A stretch of 566 nucleotides of DNA. Source: Escherichia coli (GTDB taxonomy: Bacteria > Pseudomonadota > Gammaproteobacteria > Enterobacterales > Enterobacteriaceae). Positions 1 through 566 of the stretch are shown here, piece by piece. The stretch lies in assembly GCF_003334785.1 (NCBI RefSeq), contig NZ_QOWV01000082.1; one strand, written 5' to 3'. Both the position numbers and the translations under genes were made by a program. The notes under the pieces were generated by a model. The model was not told where the DNA came from. It made no database searches and was given only the letters and a program-made list of their open reading frames with translations. Within the stretch, counting starts at the first letter, position 1, and the number at the start of each line of letters is the position of its first letter.

Positions 1-57
1 GTCCTTCATCGCCTCTGACTGCCAGGGCATCCACCGTGTACGCTTAGTCGCTTAACC
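1..57 (-). rRNA. rrl: 23S ribosomal RNA, 5' end (partial; gene continues beyond window start)
   Basis: Reverse complement of 1..57 reads GGTTAAGCGACTAAGCGTACACGGTGGATGCCCTGGCAGTCAGAGGCGATGAAGGAC, which I recognise as the canonical 5' end of enterobacterial 23S rRNA. The mature 5' end maps to window position 57. Lies downstream of tRNA-Ala on the same strand, as expected for an rrn operon. Confidence 0.93.
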
Positions 58-115
58 TCACAACCCGAAGATGTTTCTTACGATTCATCATCGTGTTGCG
101 AAAATTTGAGAGACT

Positions 116-140
116 CACGAACAACTTTCGTTGTTCAGTG
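116..140 (-). other. Spacer RNA hairpin: 7-bp stem with GAAA (GNRA) tetraloop, extended by 3 bp across a 1-nt bulge
   Basis: Seen directly: plus-strand gaacaac (119..125) / tttc (126..129) / gttgttc (130..136) is a perfect inverted repeat. In the minus-strand transcript the loop is GAAA. The stem can extend via c116-g140, a117-t139, c118-g138 with a137 bulged. Lies 3' of the boxA-like motif in the transcript. Function (processing or antitermination-associated structure) is inference. Confidence 0.55.
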
Positions 141-162
141 TTTCAATTTTCAGCTTGATCCA

Positions 163-177
163 GATTTTTAAAGAGCA
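163..177 (-). promoter_or_regulatory. boxA-like antitermination element of the rrn spacer (binding site for the NusB/NusE-containing antitermination complex)
   Basis: Reverse complement of 163..177 is TGCTCTTTAAAAATC, close to the boxA consensus (TGCTCTTTAACAA-like) known from rrn leader and spacer regions. Position between tRNA-Ala and 23S matches the known location of spacer boxA in E. coli rrn operons. Confidence 0.7.
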
Positions 178-180
178 AAA

Positions 181-214
181 CTTCGCAGTGAACCTTTGCA
201 GGTACACTCTGAAG
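181..214 (-). promoter_or_regulatory. Putative imperfect boxB-like hairpin upstream (in transcript sense) of boxA
   Basis: Plus-strand cttcgcagtg (181..190) and cactctgaag (205..214) form an imperfect inverted repeat: 4 bp, a 2-nt mismatch, 4 bp, enclosing a 14-nt loop. In the transcript it lies just 5' of the boxA-like motif, the same order as boxB-boxA in rrn leaders. The stem is weak; this call is tentative. Confidence 0.3.
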
Positions 215-240
215 TATTTTTTATTTAATCACTACAGAGA

Positions 241-316
241 TGGTGGAGCTATGCGGGATCGAACCGCAGACCTCCTGCGTGCAAAGCAGGCGCTCTCCCA
301 GCTGAGCTATAGCCCC
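241..316 (-). tRNA. tRNA-Ala (anticodon UGC), 76 nt with encoded CCA
   Basis: Reverse complement of 241..316 is GGGGCTATAGCTCAGCTGGGAGAGCGCCTGCTTTGCACGCAGGAGGTCTGCGGTTCGATCCCGCATAGCTCCACCA. It has the G3:U70 acceptor-stem pair characteristic of tRNA-Ala, a GGTTCGATCC T-arm and an encoded 3' CCA. Anticodon TGC is at window 283..281 (minus strand) in the loop cTTTGCAc. Matches the spacer tRNA-Ala of E. coli (alaT/alaU/alaV family); the specific paralog cannot be determined from this window. Confidence 0.97.
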
Positions 317-358
317 ATAACATGTAGTTAAAACCTCTTCAAATTTGCCGTGCAAATT

Positions 359-435
<77 letters not shown>

Positions 436-503
436 GTAGAGGTTTTACTGCTCATTTTCATCAGACAATCTGTGTGAGCACTTCAAAGAACGCTTCTTTA
501 AGG

Positions 504-566
504 TAAGGAGGTGATCCAACCGCAGGTTCCCCTACGGTTACCTTGTTACGACTTCACCCCAGTCAT
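504..566 (-). rRNA. rrs: 16S ribosomal RNA, 3' end (partial; gene continues beyond window end), including the anti-Shine-Dalgarno sequence
   Basis: Reverse complement of 504..566 is ATGACTGGGGTGAAGTCGTAACAAGGTAACCGTAGGGGAACCTGCGGTTGGATCACCTCCTTA, the canonical 3' terminal domain of 16S rRNA. The anti-SD CCUCC is the complement of plus-strand ggagg at 507..511. The mature 3' end maps to window position 504. Confidence 0.95.

Noticed and set aside
116-140. GNRA hairpin as a Rho-independent terminator of the rrn transcript
   Set aside because: In the minus-strand transcript the stem is followed by GUGAGUCUCUCAAAUUUUCGC, not an immediate U-tract, and transcription must continue into 23S. Interpreted as a structural or processing element instead.
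181-226. Plus-strand intrinsic-terminator-like arrangement: imperfect hairpin (181..214) followed by a T-rich run tattttttattt (215..226)
   Set aside because: The stem is weak (4+4 bp with a 2-nt internal mismatch and a 14-nt loop) and GC-poor, and there is no plus-strand gene upstream to terminate. In the real (minus-strand) transcript the run is A-rich and lies 5' of the hairpin, so it cannot act as a terminator of rrn transcription.
131-331. 66-aa plus-strand ORF from the six-frame track
   Set aside because: Entirely antisense to tRNA-Ala, boxA and spacer structure within an rRNA operon; no credible ribosome-binding site; low-complexity translation. Treated as an artefact, not a CDS.
504-514. 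Strong Shine-Dalgarno-like motif AAGGAGGTGA on the plus strand
   Set aside because: This is simply the complement of the 16S rRNA anti-Shine-Dalgarno 3' tail (CCUCC); no plus-strand start codon and ORF follows in appropriate context. It is part of the rRNA gene, not a ribosome-binding site.

Overview
This window is the 16S-23S internal transcribed spacer of a bacterial rRNA (rrn) operon, transcribed on the minus strand. Reading the minus strand 5'->3': the 3' end of 16S rRNA (566..504), a 68-nt spacer, tRNA-Ile(GAU) (435..359), a 42-nt spacer, tRNA-Ala(UGC) (316..241), a 183-nt spacer carrying a boxA-like antitermination motif and a GNRA-tetraloop hairpin, then the 5' end of 23S rRNA (57..1). 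The rRNA ends and both tRNAs match what I recall of the Escherichia/Shigella-type Ile-Ala spacer (rrnA/rrnD/rrnH class in E. coli); this is recognition from memory, not a database search. The supplied 66-aa plus-strand ORF (131..331) lies antisense to tRNA-Ala and the spacer and is almost certainly a translation artefact. I see no evidence of a novel or undescribed system: this is a conserved housekeeping locus, and the findings below are low-interest structural notes.
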